A DNA stretch of 64,000 nt. It comes from Bacillota bacterium (GTDB lineage Bacteria > Bacillota > Sulfobacillia > UBA995 > UBA9673). The position numbers and the translations under genes are program-made. Shown in pieces: positions 7,936-17,478 of this stretch; the first letter of the stretch is position 1, and each line of letters starts with the position of its first letter. The DNA lies in contig QZJP01000012.1 of assembly GCA_003599345.1 (NCBI GenBank), positions 16,507 to 80,506 of the forward strand, given 5' to 3'. A model generated the notes under the pieces. It had not been told where the DNA came from, ran no database searches, and worked only from the letters and a program-made list of their open reading frames with translations.

Positions 7936-10782
7936 TCAGGAGTCCGGTTCTTCCTCGTCGTCTGGGTCTAGACCGGTCCAAGCCCTCCGCCCCCCCCGCC
8001 CGATAACCACGTGGGGGGGGACGCCGGGCCTCGTTTCCACGTCCCGCGCGGCCGCGTGGGGGGGCGGTGATGTCGACCCGCCTCTAGGGACAGAACCGAC
8101 CGCGAACCGACCCCTTTGCTGAGCGGTGCGCTGCTCGGCCAGCCGCCGGGCCGCCTCCCTGGAACGCCGGTAGCTGTCCCAGGTCATCAGTATCTCCCGG
8201 GCCTTGGAGCCCTCGAAGGGGCCTACGATGCCGGCCTCCTCCATCATGTCGATGAGCCGCCCGGCACGGGTGTAGCCGACGCGAAGGCGTCGCTGGAGCA
8301 GCGAGATGGAGGCCGACCCGCTCTCCATAACGACGCGGACCGCCTCCTCGAACAACTCGTCGTCAGCCTCCTCCCCCTTGTCCTCCTCCTCGGCCTCAGT
8401 CGCCAGGACGTCGGGCACGTAGCGAGGCTTGGCCTGCCCCCGGACGAACTCCACAAGGGCTTCTATCTCCCTGTCCGAGATGAAAGCGCCCTGCACCCGG
8501 ATGGGCTTGGTGGCCCCGATAGGCATGAACAGCATGTCACCGTGTCCGAGCAGCTTCTCAGCCCCGTGCGTGTCGATGATGGTCCTCGAGTCAACCTGCG
8601 ACGCCACCGCGAAGGCCACCCGTGTCGGTATGTTGGCCTTTATCGTTCCCGTCAGGACATCCACGGTGGGGCGTTGTGTGGCGACCATGAGGTGTATGCC
8701 GGCGGCGCGCCCCATCTGGGCCAAGCGGAAGATGAGGTTCTCCACCTCGACAGGCGCCACCATCATTAGGTCAGCCAATTCGTCGATGACGATGATGATG
8801 TAGGGGAGTGGATTGGGCCCGGGGAGGTTGGACGAGGACATCCGCGGGCGGACCTCCTCCGGTACGGGCTCCCCCGGCATCCGGGAAGGCGCTCCGCCGA
8901 CGAGGTCGTTGTAGCGGCCTATGTCGCGCACGCCCGCCGCAGCGAACAGCTCGTAGCGGTCCTCCATCTGCTTGACCGCCCAGCGCAGGCATCCCGCCGC
9001 CTTCTTGGGGTCGGTGACAACCGGGGCGACCAGGTGCGGGATGCCCTCGTAGACGCTCAACTCGACCACCTTCGGGTCAATGAGGAGGAACTTGACCTCA
9101 CTCGGCTTGGCCCTGAAGAGCAGGCTGGCGATCATGGCGTTCAGGCACACGCTCTTGCCCGAACCCGTGGCCCCGGCGATAAGGATATGAAGTAACCGGT
9201 CCAGGTCTCCGGTGATGGGCCGCCCGGTGATCTCCTTGCCGAGGACCAGCGTGAGTTTCGAGGTGAGCCTCCTCACTTCCGGGTCCTCCAGAACCTCGCG
9301 GAGAGGTACGGTGGAGACCTCCCGGTTAGGTATCTCAATGCCCACCGCGTGCTTGCCAGGAATTGGCGCCTCTATCCTCACGCTCTCCGCGGCCATGTTC
9401 ATGGCGATGTCATCTGTCAGGCTGGATATCCTAGCGACTTTGATGCCGGGGGCAGGCTGGTACTCGAAGCGCGTGACGACCGGACCACGCCGGGCGTCGA
9501 TCACCCTGCCGCTCACCCCGTAACTCGCCAAGACCGCCTCGAGCTGGCGGGCCGCGTCGTCGAGGTCCTGTTTGAGCCGTCTCGTCTTCACCGGGGAGAC
9601 CGGGTCCAGGATGCTGAGAGACGGGAGCTCGTAGAGGAGGTTGTCGGTCAGGGCCATCTGCTCGTAACCGCGGCGCTCGTCGGTGGCCGGGACCCCGGCC
9701 TGGGCTCCCGCGGCCGGCGGCGCTGCCGCCATGGCCGGCCTCGGGGTCCGGTCCGTCCCTGCGCCGGGTACAGCGACCAAGCCCCCACCGCGGGCCCCAG
9801 CGCTCGCCGGGTTCCCCGGCCCGAACCCATCCGGCGCGAGACCGCCCGAGCCGGGCCTGGGCCCAAACCCGTAGCGCTCCCTCGCGCCCTGCAGGTCGAC
9901 GCCGAGCCCCGAGCCCGCGCCGGTACGACCCGCCCTCTCCGACCGGCCCGGGCGGACCTGCTCACGCAGGCCCCAACGGGGGGCCGTCCCTCTCCACGAG
10001 TTCGCCTGGCCGCGCTCGACACCGCCACGGAGTTCCTGATTCGGCAGCGGCCGCTGGCGCCGCGGCGTCTGTCGCTCAAACAGGCCCACAAGCCTGCCCA
10101 AGCCGCGCCCCAGGAAGCGGGCCGTCGCGGAGCCCCCGTGCCACAACGCGAGGGCGAACGTAACCAGGGACGAGTCCGTGGCCAGGAGGAGGGCAATCAG
10201 AGTCAGCGCCGCGAGGACGACGTCTCTCCCGAGAGGCCCGAAGGCGGCCATAAGGGCCCAGTTGACGGCGTAGCCCACGTAGCCCCCGCCGAGCCCGAAC
10301 CTGATGTTCTCGAACCCGACGTCGGCCACGGCAGGCTCGAACCGATGAAACCAGCCGAGAACCGCGACGAGCCCCAGGAGCCACCCGGCCAACCTCGACC
10401 CGGCCACAACGTGCCCGCGCTGGAACACACAGAGCAGTCCCGCCAGGCCCACGCAGGCCGGCACGAGTAGCGAGGCGTCCCCGAAAGCGGCGCCCAGAGC
10501 CTGCTTGACGATATCCCCGAACCCGCCCCCCGCGGGGGAGAACAAACCGAGGTAGGTCAGGACGGTGAGGGCCACCAGAAGCACGCCCACGATCTCCTGC
10601 TTTATCTCGTCTCTGATGCCCGGCAGCACGAGCAGCCCCCCTTCTCGCCGTAGCCCTGCCGCCGGTCTCATCGGTCGCGGACCGGCCCGCGCCCTGGCAA
10701 CGCTCCACGCTCCACCCGTACGGGCCCACCCTTCTACGGGTCCTGACGCAAACCCTCCAGGACCCGGTCCACCGGCGACCAC
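7936..10782 (-). CDS. ftsK: DNA translocase FtsK/SpoIIIE
   Basis: N-terminal TM domain. Long Pro/Gly/Arg-rich linker. Motor domain with Walker A GATGSGKS and Walker B. C-terminal gamma winged-helix domain. The true start may be the internal ATG at 10671 (MRPAAGLRREGG…, about 25 aa before the first TM). Confidence 0.9.
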   Translation of the reverse strand: MVAGGPGPGGFASGPVEGWARTGGAWSVARARAGPRPMRPAAGLRREGGLLVLPGIRDEIKQEIVGVLLVALTVLTYLGLFSPAGGGFGDIVKQALGAAFGDASLLVPACVGLAGLLCVFQRGHVVAGSRLAGWLLGLVAVLGWFHRFEPAVADVGFENIRFGLGGGYVGYAVNWALMAAFGPLGRDVVLAALTLIALLLATDSSLVTFALALWHGGSATARFLGRGLGRLVGLFERQTPRRQRPLPNQELRGGVERGQANSWRGTAPRWGLREQVRPGRSERAGRTGAGSGLGVDLQGARERYGFGPRPGSGGLAPDGFGPGNPASAGARGGGLVAVPGAGTDRTPRPAMAAAPPAAGAQAGVPATDERRGYEQMALTDNLLYELPSLSILDPVSPVKTRRLKQDLDDAARQLEAVLASYGVSGRVIDARRGPVVTRFEYQPAPGIKVARISSLTDDIAMNMAAESVRIEAPIPGKHAVGIEIPNREVSTVPLREVLEDPEVRRLTSKLTLVLGKEITGRPITGDLDRLLHILIAGATGSGKSVCLNAMIASLLFRAKPSEVKFLLIDPKVVELSVYEGIPHLVAPVVTDPKKAAGCLRWAVKQMEDRYELFAAAGVRDIGRYNDLVGGAPSRMPGEPVPEEVRPRMSSSNLPGPNPLPYIIIVIDELADLMMVAPVEVENLIFRLAQMGRAAGIHLMVATQRPTVDVLTGTIKANIPTRVAFAVASQVDSRTIIDTHGAEKLLGHGDMLFMPIGATKPIRVQGAFISDREIEALVEFVRGQAKPRYVPDVLATEAEEEDKGEEADDELFEEAVRVVMESGSASISLLQRRLRVGYTRAGRLIDMMEEAGIVGPFEGSKAREILMTWDSYRRSREAARRLAEQRTAQQRGRFAVGSVPRGGSTSPPPHAAARDVETRPGVPPHVVIGRGGRRAWTGLDPDDEEEPDS

Positions 10783-10815
10783 CCGCCGGGCCGGTCTCGT
10801 CCGCGCCGGAACCTC

Positions 10816-11664
10816 CTAGACCAAAGCCCCCCAGGCCAACGCCGCGGCCCCGAGCGCCCAGCAGTACCAGGCGAACCTGTGGAGACGCCCCCGCTCGACG
10901 AGTCTCGCGAGAACGACCATGGCCATGACCCCGGAGACGAAGGCGGCCACAAAGGCCAGGGCAAGCCCGCCTAACGGGAGCCCCGGAGCCGCGGCTCGGC
11001 TGATGTCACCGGCCCTGGACACCTCCACGAGCCCGGCGCCGGCGATGGCCGGCAATGACAAGAGGAAGGAAAAACGCGCGGCGGACCGGCCCTCCAGGCC
11101 TCGGCTGAGCCCGGCGACTATCGTCATGCCGGACCGCGAAAGCCCCGGGAGGATGGCCAGCCCCTGCGCCACGCCCACGGCCACCGCGTCGCTCGGACGA
11201 ATCTGCCGCTCAGTCCGCCGGCCGGAAGCGAAGCGCGACGACAGGAGTAGCACGAGACCGGTCACCAGGAGCATGACCGCAGCCACTCGGGGCTCCTCGA
11301 ACGTGACGCGGAACAAGGGCTCCAGGCCGAACCCGATGAGGGCCGTGGCCGCGGTGGCGACAAGCAGGTTAGCCGCCAGTCCGCGCCAGGCCACGTTCTC
11401 CCGGGACCAGTCCCGGCCGCGGGGTCCTCTCCGTCCCGGCCGGAACCATGCCGCGACCGCGGCGAGCATCCGCCACAGCTCCCGGGCGAACAGGACGACG
11501 ACGGCCGCCGCGGTGGCCGCGTGCACCGTCACCTCGAGCAGGACACCCGGCGTCTGAACACCGAGAAACTCCTGAGCCAGGACAAGATGTCCTGAACTCG
11601 ACACGGGAAGGAACTCCGTCAGTCCTTGCAGGACTCCGAGGAATAGCCACGTGAGCCAGTCCAA
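10816..11664 (-). CDS. uppP: Undecaprenyl-diphosphatase (BacA/UppP)
   Basis: MDWLTWLFLGVLQGLTEFLPVSSSGHL… is the canonical BacA N-terminus. 8 TM segments. Confidence 0.9.
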   Translation of the reverse strand: MDWLTWLFLGVLQGLTEFLPVSSSGHLVLAQEFLGVQTPGVLLEVTVHAATAAAVVVLFARELWRMLAAVAAWFRPGRRGPRGRDWSRENVAWRGLAANLLVATAATALIGFGLEPLFRVTFEEPRVAAVMLLVTGLVLLLSSRFASGRRTERQIRPSDAVAVGVAQGLAILPGLSRSGMTIVAGLSRGLEGRSAARFSFLLSLPAIAGAGLVEVSRAGDISRAAAPGLPLGGLALAFVAAFVSGVMAMVVLARLVERGRLHRFAWYCWALGAAALAWGALV

Positions 11665-11728
11665 CGTCTCCCTCTCCCCTCGGACTAAGCGAACGGAGAG
11701 AGATTGGCCGCCAGGGGGGAAATGCCTC

Positions 11729-12058
11729 CTATAGACGCCCCCAAGCCCCCCAAGGCGTTTCTCCGGCGGTCGGGGTGGCGGGCGACAGGCCCTCGCCCTG
11801 AATCGACCGGCCCGGGGCGATGACGGGGTCCAGGTAGTCGTAGACGTCCGTGCTCAGAAGACGGGTCACTCTGAGAACGCCGGACACGTCCCGCTCGGCC
11901 ACGACCTTCACCGGGCCGAACGGCCGGTCGATGGTGCGCTCCTCGAAATGGTGCTCGTCACCGCCGCCGGGAAGGTAGGGTGACTCGCCAGTCCCTGTCC
12001 CGAGACCGGCAAGGACTAACTCCTCAGGCAGCACGGTGTAGAGAATCACGGGCCCCAT
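11729..12058 (-). CDS. ylzJ: YlzJ-like small protein
   Basis: N-terminus MGPVILYTVLPEEL… resembles YlzJ. It sits between tepA and ftsK as ylzJ does in Bacillus. Confidence 0.5.
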   Translation of the reverse strand: MGPVILYTVLPEELVLAGLGTGTGESPYLPGGGDEHHFEERTIDRPFGPVKVVAERDVSGVLRVTRLLSTDVYDYLDPVIAPGRSIQGEGLSPATPTAGETPWGAWGRL

Positions 12059-12095
12059 CCTCCGTGTCGGAGGCGATTGCCCGGCGCCGCCCGGG

Positions 12096-12980
12096 TCACG
12101 ACGGCCGCGACCCTTTCGGCGGTCGCGAAGCTATCAGGGCCCGCAGTCTCTCGAGAGCGCCTGAGACGCCGCCAACTTCGTCGATGAGGCCTTCCTGGAC
12201 GGCCTCCTCCCCGACGAGCACGGTTCCTATGTCCCGGGCGAGCTCTCCGGTCCGGAACATCAGCCCTCTCAACCGGCCCTCGCTTATCTTGGAGTTGGTG
12301 ACGATGAACCGGACAACCCGGTCCTGCATTTTGTCGAGGTACTCGTAGGTCTGCGGGACGCCGATGACCAGGCCGCTCAGCCTGATCGGATGAATGGTCA
12401 TGGTCGCGGTCGGGGCGATGAACGAGTGGTTCGCGGCGACGGCGATGGGGATGCCGATGCTGTGACCGCCGCCCAGGATGAGTGAAACGGTGGGCTTGGA
12501 CATGGTGGCGAGGAGCTCCGCCAGGGCGAGACCAGCCTCCACGTCGCCCCCGACCGTGTTGAGTATGACGAGCAGGCCGGCTATATCCGGATTCATCTCG
12601 ACGGCTACGACTTGCGGGACCATGTGCTCGTACTTGGTCGTCTTATTCTGTGACGGTAACACCAGATGGCCCTCGATCTGGCCGACTATGGTCAGGCAAT
12701 GAATGTCACTCTTAGGACGCGCGACCTCCGGGGAGCCGAACCTCTCCACAGCCTCCGTCGATGATTCGCCGTCGCCTCGCGGCCCCACCGTCGAGGGGCG
12801 CGGTTCAGGGGCCCCCGGAACCGGGGAAGGAGCCTCCGGCTGTCCGGGCACCTCCGGCCCCGGTGGCGGGAGAGGCACCGCGGCGGGAGGACTGTCGGGC
12901 TCGCGGCCCACCACCCTCCCGGCTCCTTCACCCGAGACGACACCCTCGGGTCCTCGTAGACCCCGCCAGAACAAGAGCAT
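12096..12980 (-). CDS. tepA: ClpP-like translocation-enhancing protein TepA (S14 family), with Pro-rich N-terminal low-complexity extension
   Basis: ClpP-fold core (…[13 protein letters not shown]…[19 protein letters not shown]…[32 protein letters not shown]…). Position between rnj and ylzJ. The Pro/Glu-rich N-terminal 90 aa may be partly an ORF over-extension. Confidence 0.7.
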   Translation of the reverse strand: MLLFWRGLRGPEGVVSGEGAGRVVGREPDSPPAAVPLPPPGPEVPGQPEAPSPVPGAPEPRPSTVGPRGDGESSTEAVERFGSPEVARPKSDIHCLTIVGQIEGHLVLPSQNKTTKYEHMVPQVVAVEMNPDIAGLLVILNTVGGDVEAGLALAELLATMSKPTVSLILGGGHSIGIPIAVAANHSFIAPTATMTIHPIRLSGLVIGVPQTYEYLDKMQDRVVRFIVTNSKISEGRLRGLMFRTGELARDIGTVLVGEEAVQEGLIDEVGGVSGALERLRALIASRPPKGSRPS

Positions 12981-13046
12981 CCCTCCCGCATACGTGACCG
13001 GGTTAGGATGCCCCCTCGGCGGTCCGTCCTTACGACGATTGGAGCC

Positions 13047-14849
13047 TTATCCCTCCACGGGCTTCGCCCGTGCCCCCTCTCTCCCACCACGGCCATCGGC
13101 GGCCTCGGGGTCGGAGCCCTGATGGCTCGCGTCGTCGTCACCGGCGACGGCGCCGTCAGATCCGACTTCGAGGATGACCGGGATGACCATCGGGCGCCTT
13201 CTGGTCCGCTCGCTGAACAGAGCGCTGAGGGCGTGGCGAACCCTGCCCTTGACCTGGGGCCACTCCTTCTTGCCGTTCCCGTTCCTGTAGAGAGAGGCGA
13301 GCGTGTCTCTGACCTTGTCCTTGGCGTCCTCGATGAGGCCCTCCGATTCCCGAGCGTACACGAACCCCCTCGAGATGACCTCCGGTCCGGCGAGAATGTC
13401 GCCGGTGGCCGGGTTGACCACGACGGACACGAGCACTATCCCGTCCTGGGCGAGCTGTCGCCTATCCCTGAGGACCACGTCCCCCACGTCTCCGACCCCC
13501 AGGCCGTCGACGAGCACCTGACCCGACTGCACCCGCCCGGCTAGGCGGGCCCGGTCCCGCGCGAACTCGAGGACCGAGCCGTTCTCGACCAAGTAGATGT
13601 TCTCGTCCAGCACCTCGACGTCCCGGGCCAACTGGGCGTTACGGACCATGTGCCGCCACTCGCCGTGGATGGGGATGAAGAACCTGGGCCTGACCATGTT
13701 GAGCATCAGCTTCAGGTCTTCCTGGGAACCGTGACCGGACACGTGGACCTCACTCGACGGCTCGTAGATGACGTCGGCGCCCTGGCGGAAGAGCCTGTCC
13801 ACGGTCCGCGCGACGAGCGTCTCATTGCCCGGCACGGGTGTAGCCGCCATGACCACCGTGTCTCCGCTCCGTAGCTCCGTCCTCCGGTACTCCCCGCTGG
13901 CGATGCGGGCGAGGGCCGACATCGGCTCTCCCTGGCTGCCAGTGGTGAGGAGGACGACCTTGTCGGCCGGCAGCCGGTTGAGTTCATCTATCTCGACCAG
14001 CGTCCCGGGTGGAACATGCAGGTAGCCAAGACGAGACGCTACGTCGACCGTCTCCGACATGCTCCTGCCGGTCACTCCCACCTTCCGGCCCACGCTGCGC
14101 GCCGCGTCGAGCACCTGCTGGATGCGGTGGACGTTGGACGCGAAGGTCGTCACCAGGATGCGGCCGGGCCGGTTCCAGAAGATCTCCCGTAGTCGGCGGC
14201 CTACGACCCGTTCGGAGGGTGTGTAGCCGGGCTTCTCCGCGTTGGTGCTATCCATGAGGAGAGCGAGGACGCCCTCCTCCGCTAAGTCGTTGAGGGCTCG
14301 GTAATCGGCGATCTTGCCGTCCACCGGCGTTTGGTCGAACTTGAAGTCACCCGTGTGGATGAAGGTGCCGATAGGCGTCTTCAGCGCGAACCCGAAGGCG
14401 TCCGGCACGCTGTGGTTGACCCTGAAAGGGACGACCTCGAACGGTCCGACCTTGATGTGCTGTCCCGGCTCGACCCCCCGCCCCTCGAACCCCCTGACCT
14501 TGATCTCATCCAGCTTGGGCTGAAGGAGGCCGAGGACCAGCGGGCTGGAGTAGATGGGTACCGACATCTCTCTCAGCAGGTAGGGCACGGCTCCCATGTG
14601 GTCCTCGTGTCCGTGGGTAACGAAGACCGCCTTCACGTCTCGGCTCCTCTCGACCAGGAACGAGAGATCGGGCAGTATGATGTCAATGCCGAAGACGTCT
14701 TCCTCGGGGAACGTCATCCCACAATCCACAACCACGATCTGCCCGTCGTGCTCGAAGAAGACACAGTTCTTCCCTATCTCACCTTGGCCGCCGAGGAAAC
14801 CCACACGAACCGTGGACCGGCCGGCGCGACCTCTAAGCAAGTCCTCCAC
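13047..14849 (-). CDS. rnj: Ribonuclease J (metallo-beta-lactamase / beta-CASP)
   Basis: HGHEDHMG metal-binding motif, beta-CASP domain, about 555-aa core plus short acidic C-terminal tail. Confidence 0.9.
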   Translation of the reverse strand: MEDLLRGRAGRSTVRVGFLGGQGEIGKNCVFFEHDGQIVVVDCGMTFPEEDVFGIDIILPDLSFLVERSRDVKAVFVTHGHEDHMGAVPYLLREMSVPIYSSPLVLGLLQPKLDEIKVRGFEGRGVEPGQHIKVGPFEVVPFRVNHSVPDAFGFALKTPIGTFIHTGDFKFDQTPVDGKIADYRALNDLAEEGVLALLMDSTNAEKPGYTPSERVVGRRLREIFWNRPGRILVTTFASNVHRIQQVLDAARSVGRKVGVTGRSMSETVDVASRLGYLHVPPGTLVEIDELNRLPADKVVLLTTGSQGEPMSALARIASGEYRRTELRSGDTVVMAATPVPGNETLVARTVDRLFRQGADVIYEPSSEVHVSGHGSQEDLKLMLNMVRPRFFIPIHGEWRHMVRNAQLARDVEVLDENIYLVENGSVLEFARDRARLAGRVQSGQVLVDGLGVGDVGDVVLRDRRQLAQDGIVLVSVVVNPATGDILAGPEVISRGFVYARESEGLIEDAKDKVRDTLASLYRNGNGKKEWPQVKGRVRHALSALFSERTRRRPMVIPVILEVGSDGAVAGDDDASHQGSDPEAADGRGGREGARAKPVEG

Positions 14850-14926
14850 TACTCAAACCTCCGAAGAGAGTCATCAGGAACGTCCAGGCGGGGACGCTTG
14901 TCCACTACCCTGGGGACAACTCTAAT

Positions 14927-14956
14927 AGTATAGCCAACCATTGGCACCGCGTGCAA
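14927..14956 (-). promoter_or_regulatory. Putative sigmaA-type promoter upstream of rnj (TTGCAC-18-TATACT)
   Basis: Minus-strand reading: TTGCACgcggtgccaatggttggcTATACT. An AT-rich island in an otherwise GC-rich spacer, about 80 nt upstream of the rnj start. Confidence 0.35.
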
Positions 14957-15124
14957 ACAGTTCCTCGCTCGAGAGGCGTCCCAGGGTCCGGGTACCCCAC
15001 GGACTACCCTTCAGCAATAGGTCGACGGTTCCACGAAACCGCGGCGCCGGCGTCCGTTGACGCCGCCAGTAGAAGATTGCGGCGCCGGGGAGCCGGTCAG
15101 TGCGCTATCCGCAAAGCGGACGCT

Positions 15125-15296
15125 CTTGGGGTCCGGTCAGGCCGCTTGGCTGGGGTCTCCGCTGACACCGCTGGGCTGAGGCGTTGGCGGTCCCGTGAGG
15201 GGCGTTGGGGGTCCGGTGAGGCCGCCTTCGAACCAAGAGGGACGGCGCCAGCCGGACCTCTGTTCGTCAAGGCCGAACCGGAGCCCCCAACGCCCC
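15125..15296. repeat. REP-like GC-rich palindromic element, copy A (degenerate tandem GGGTCCGGTGAGGCC modules plus hairpin core)
   Basis: …ttgggggtccggtgaggccgccttcgaaccaagag[ggacggcgccagccggacctc]tgttcgtcaaggccgaaccggagcccccaacgcccc. It sits in the gap between the dapA stop and the rnj start. Near-identical copies at 37115-37255 and 57705-57820. Confidence 0.8.
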
Positions 15297-15304
15297 TGCC
15301 GCCC

Positions 15305-16213
15305 TCAGTGGGTGACCTCGACTCCGGACAAGACCATTGCCTCGCGGATTGCCGCCACCTGTGTCTCGGTGGCCTCGACCAACGGTAGCCGCAGGCCACC
15401 GGCATCGAAGCCCGTGAGCCGCAGAGCGGCTTTCACCGGTATGGGGTTGGTCGTCAGGAACAGGGCCCTGAACAGGGGCAGCAGCTGGTGATGCAGCCGT
15501 GTGGCCTCGGCCGCGTCACCTGCGGCGAACGCCGCGACCATTTTCGAGACCAGTGGTCCGGCCACCTGGCTGGCGACACTCACGACGCCGTATGCCCCCA
15601 CGGCCATCATGGGGATGGTCAGGCTGTCGTCCCCGCTATAGACCCGAACCTTGCCCTTCACGGCCCGGACCATCTCGGCCGCCTGGTCCGCGCTCCCGCC
15701 CGCCTCCTTCAGGGCGACGATGTTGTCCACCTCGGCCAAGCGGGACATGGTCTCAGGAGCGATGTTGACTCCCGTCCGGCTAGGTATGTTGTAGATCATC
15801 ACCGGAAGCCTGGTAGCGGCGGCCACCGCTTTGAAGTGCTCGTACAAGCCTGACTGCGGGGGCTTGTTGTAGTAGGGAGCCACGAGCATCACGCCATGAG
15901 CCCCGAGTGCCTCCGCCCTGCGGGTAGCGGCGATGCTCGCGGCAGTGGAGTAGTTGCCTGTCCCGGCGAGTACCGCCGCCTTGCCCCCCACCGCGTCGAG
16001 GACGGCCTCGGTCAGCCTGACCTTCTCGTTATCGGTTAGGGTCGGAGACTCCCCCGTGGTCCCGCCCACCAGCACCGCGTCCGTACCGCTTGCCACGAGT
16101 CTCCGCGCCAGCTTGGCGGCCTGGCCGTAGTCCACGTTCAGTTTGGAGTCCAGCGGCGTCACCATGGCCGTGATGACACGGCCCCAATCAAACTCTCGCG
16201 GCTCTCTGTTCAA
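15305..16213 (-). CDS. dapA: 4-hydroxy-tetrahydrodipicolinate synthase
   Basis: DapA/NAL family TIM barrel. N-terminal GVVTAMVTPL-like motif. About 300 aa. Confidence 0.9.
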   Translation of the reverse strand: MNREPREFDWGRVITAMVTPLDSKLNVDYGQAAKLARRLVASGTDAVLVGGTTGESPTLTDNEKVRLTEAVLDAVGGKAAVLAGTGNYSTAASIAATRRAEALGAHGVMLVAPYYNKPPQSGLYEHFKAVAAATRLPVMIYNIPSRTGVNIAPETMSRLAEVDNIVALKEAGGSADQAAEMVRAVKGKVRVYSGDDSLTIPMMAVGAYGVVSVASQVAGPLVSKMVAAFAAGDAAEATRLHHQLLPLFRALFLTTNPIPVKAALRLTGFDAGGLRLPLVEATETQVAAIREAMVLSGVEVTH

Positions 16214-17478
16214 CTGGAAACCTCCTCATGGACCGGCGGGTCCTCCGGGTCCTCCAGGCCGAACTCCTGGTGCAGGGCCTGTATCGCCCGGGTCATGTCG
16301 GCCTGAGGCACCAGGCAGGAGATTGTGAGATGGGAGTCGGCCGTCTGGAGTATAGGGACACCCTCACGAGTCAGGGCTCGGGCCACCTTGGCCATCACAC
16401 CCGGGACCCCGCGCATCCGAGCCCCGACGATGGTCACCTTGGCGCAGCCCGGCCTGAACGACACTTTGTAGCCTAGGGGGCGCAGGACTTCCTCCGCCCG
16501 GCGGACAGCCCTGCCCTCTATGGTGAAGACCTGCGCCTCCGTGCTCACGCTGATCAGGTCGACGGAGATACCCGCCTCCGCGAGACTCTGGAAGACACGC
16601 AAGGCCGCGTCTTGGTCCGGGTGCGCGCCGGGTTCCTGGCTCACCACGACCTGCGCCACGTCGCTGATATGAGTGACCCCGGTGATCAGGCGACCTTCCT
16701 TGACATCCGGCCAGGGCGAGTCGGCCAACCCGGCGGTGTGTGTCACAAGAGTCCCCGGACCGGGACTTGTCGGGGATAGGATACGGATGGGTATGTCCTT
16801 CCTCATGGCTATCTCGACGGCCCTCGGGTGGATGACCCGCGCCCCTTCGTAGGCCATCTGCGACACTTCTTGGTAACTCATGACCTTGAGCGTCTTTGCC
16901 TTGGACACGATCCGCGGGTCGGCCGTCTTGATTCCTTCCACATCCGTGTATATCTCCACGACCTCCGCACTGAGCGCCGCCCCCAGGGCGGCGGCGGTCG
17001 TGTCGCTTCCCCCGCGACCCAGGGTCGTCACGTCCCCTGTGTCGGTCACGCCCTGGAACCCCGCCACGACTACGACGCGTCCCTCCTTGAGGTGCCGGAG
17101 CATCCGTTCCGGGTCCACCCTTAGGATGCGCGCGTCGGTGAAGTTGGCGTCAGTTATGATTCCCGCCTGGCCGCCCGTCAACGCGATGGCGTCGACGTTC
17201 CGGGCCCGCAGCGTGGCGGCGACGATCACCGACGATACCGTCTCTCCACACGAAGCGATGAGGTCCAGTTCCCTCGGCGCCACCCCCGGGCAGACCTCCG
17301 AGGCCATGTTGAGCAGCGTATCCGTGGCGTAAGGGTCCCCCTGCCGGCCCATGGCGGACACGACGACGGCCGTCCGGTATCCCTTGCGGACGGCCTCGAT
17401 GACGCGGTCGGCGAGCACCTGTCTCTGGGCAGGGGTGGCGACGGACGTGCCCCCGAACTTCTGAATGACAATCCGCAT
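16210..17478 (-). CDS. dapG: Aspartokinase (DAP-pathway isozyme position, with two C-terminal ACT domains)
   Basis: MRIVIQKFGGTSVA… amino-acid kinase N-terminus and ACT regulatory domains. 4-bp overlap with dapA. Confidence 0.9.
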   Translation of the reverse strand: MRIVIQKFGGTSVATPAQRQVLADRVIEAVRKGYRTAVVVSAMGRQGDPYATDTLLNMASEVCPGVAPRELDLIASCGETVSSVIVAATLRARNVDAIALTGGQAGIITDANFTDARILRVDPERMLRHLKEGRVVVVAGFQGVTDTGDVTTLGRGGSDTTAAALGAALSAEVVEIYTDVEGIKTADPRIVSKAKTLKVMSYQEVSQMAYEGARVIHPRAVEIAMRKDIPIRILSPTSPGPGTLVTHTAGLADSPWPDVKEGRLITGVTHISDVAQVVVSQEPGAHPDQDAALRVFQSLAEAGISVDLISVSTEAQVFTIEGRAVRRAEEVLRPLGYKVSFRPGCAKVTIVGARMRGVPGVMAKVARALTREGVPILQTADSHLTISCLVPQADMTRAIQALHQEFGLEDPEDPPVHEEVSS

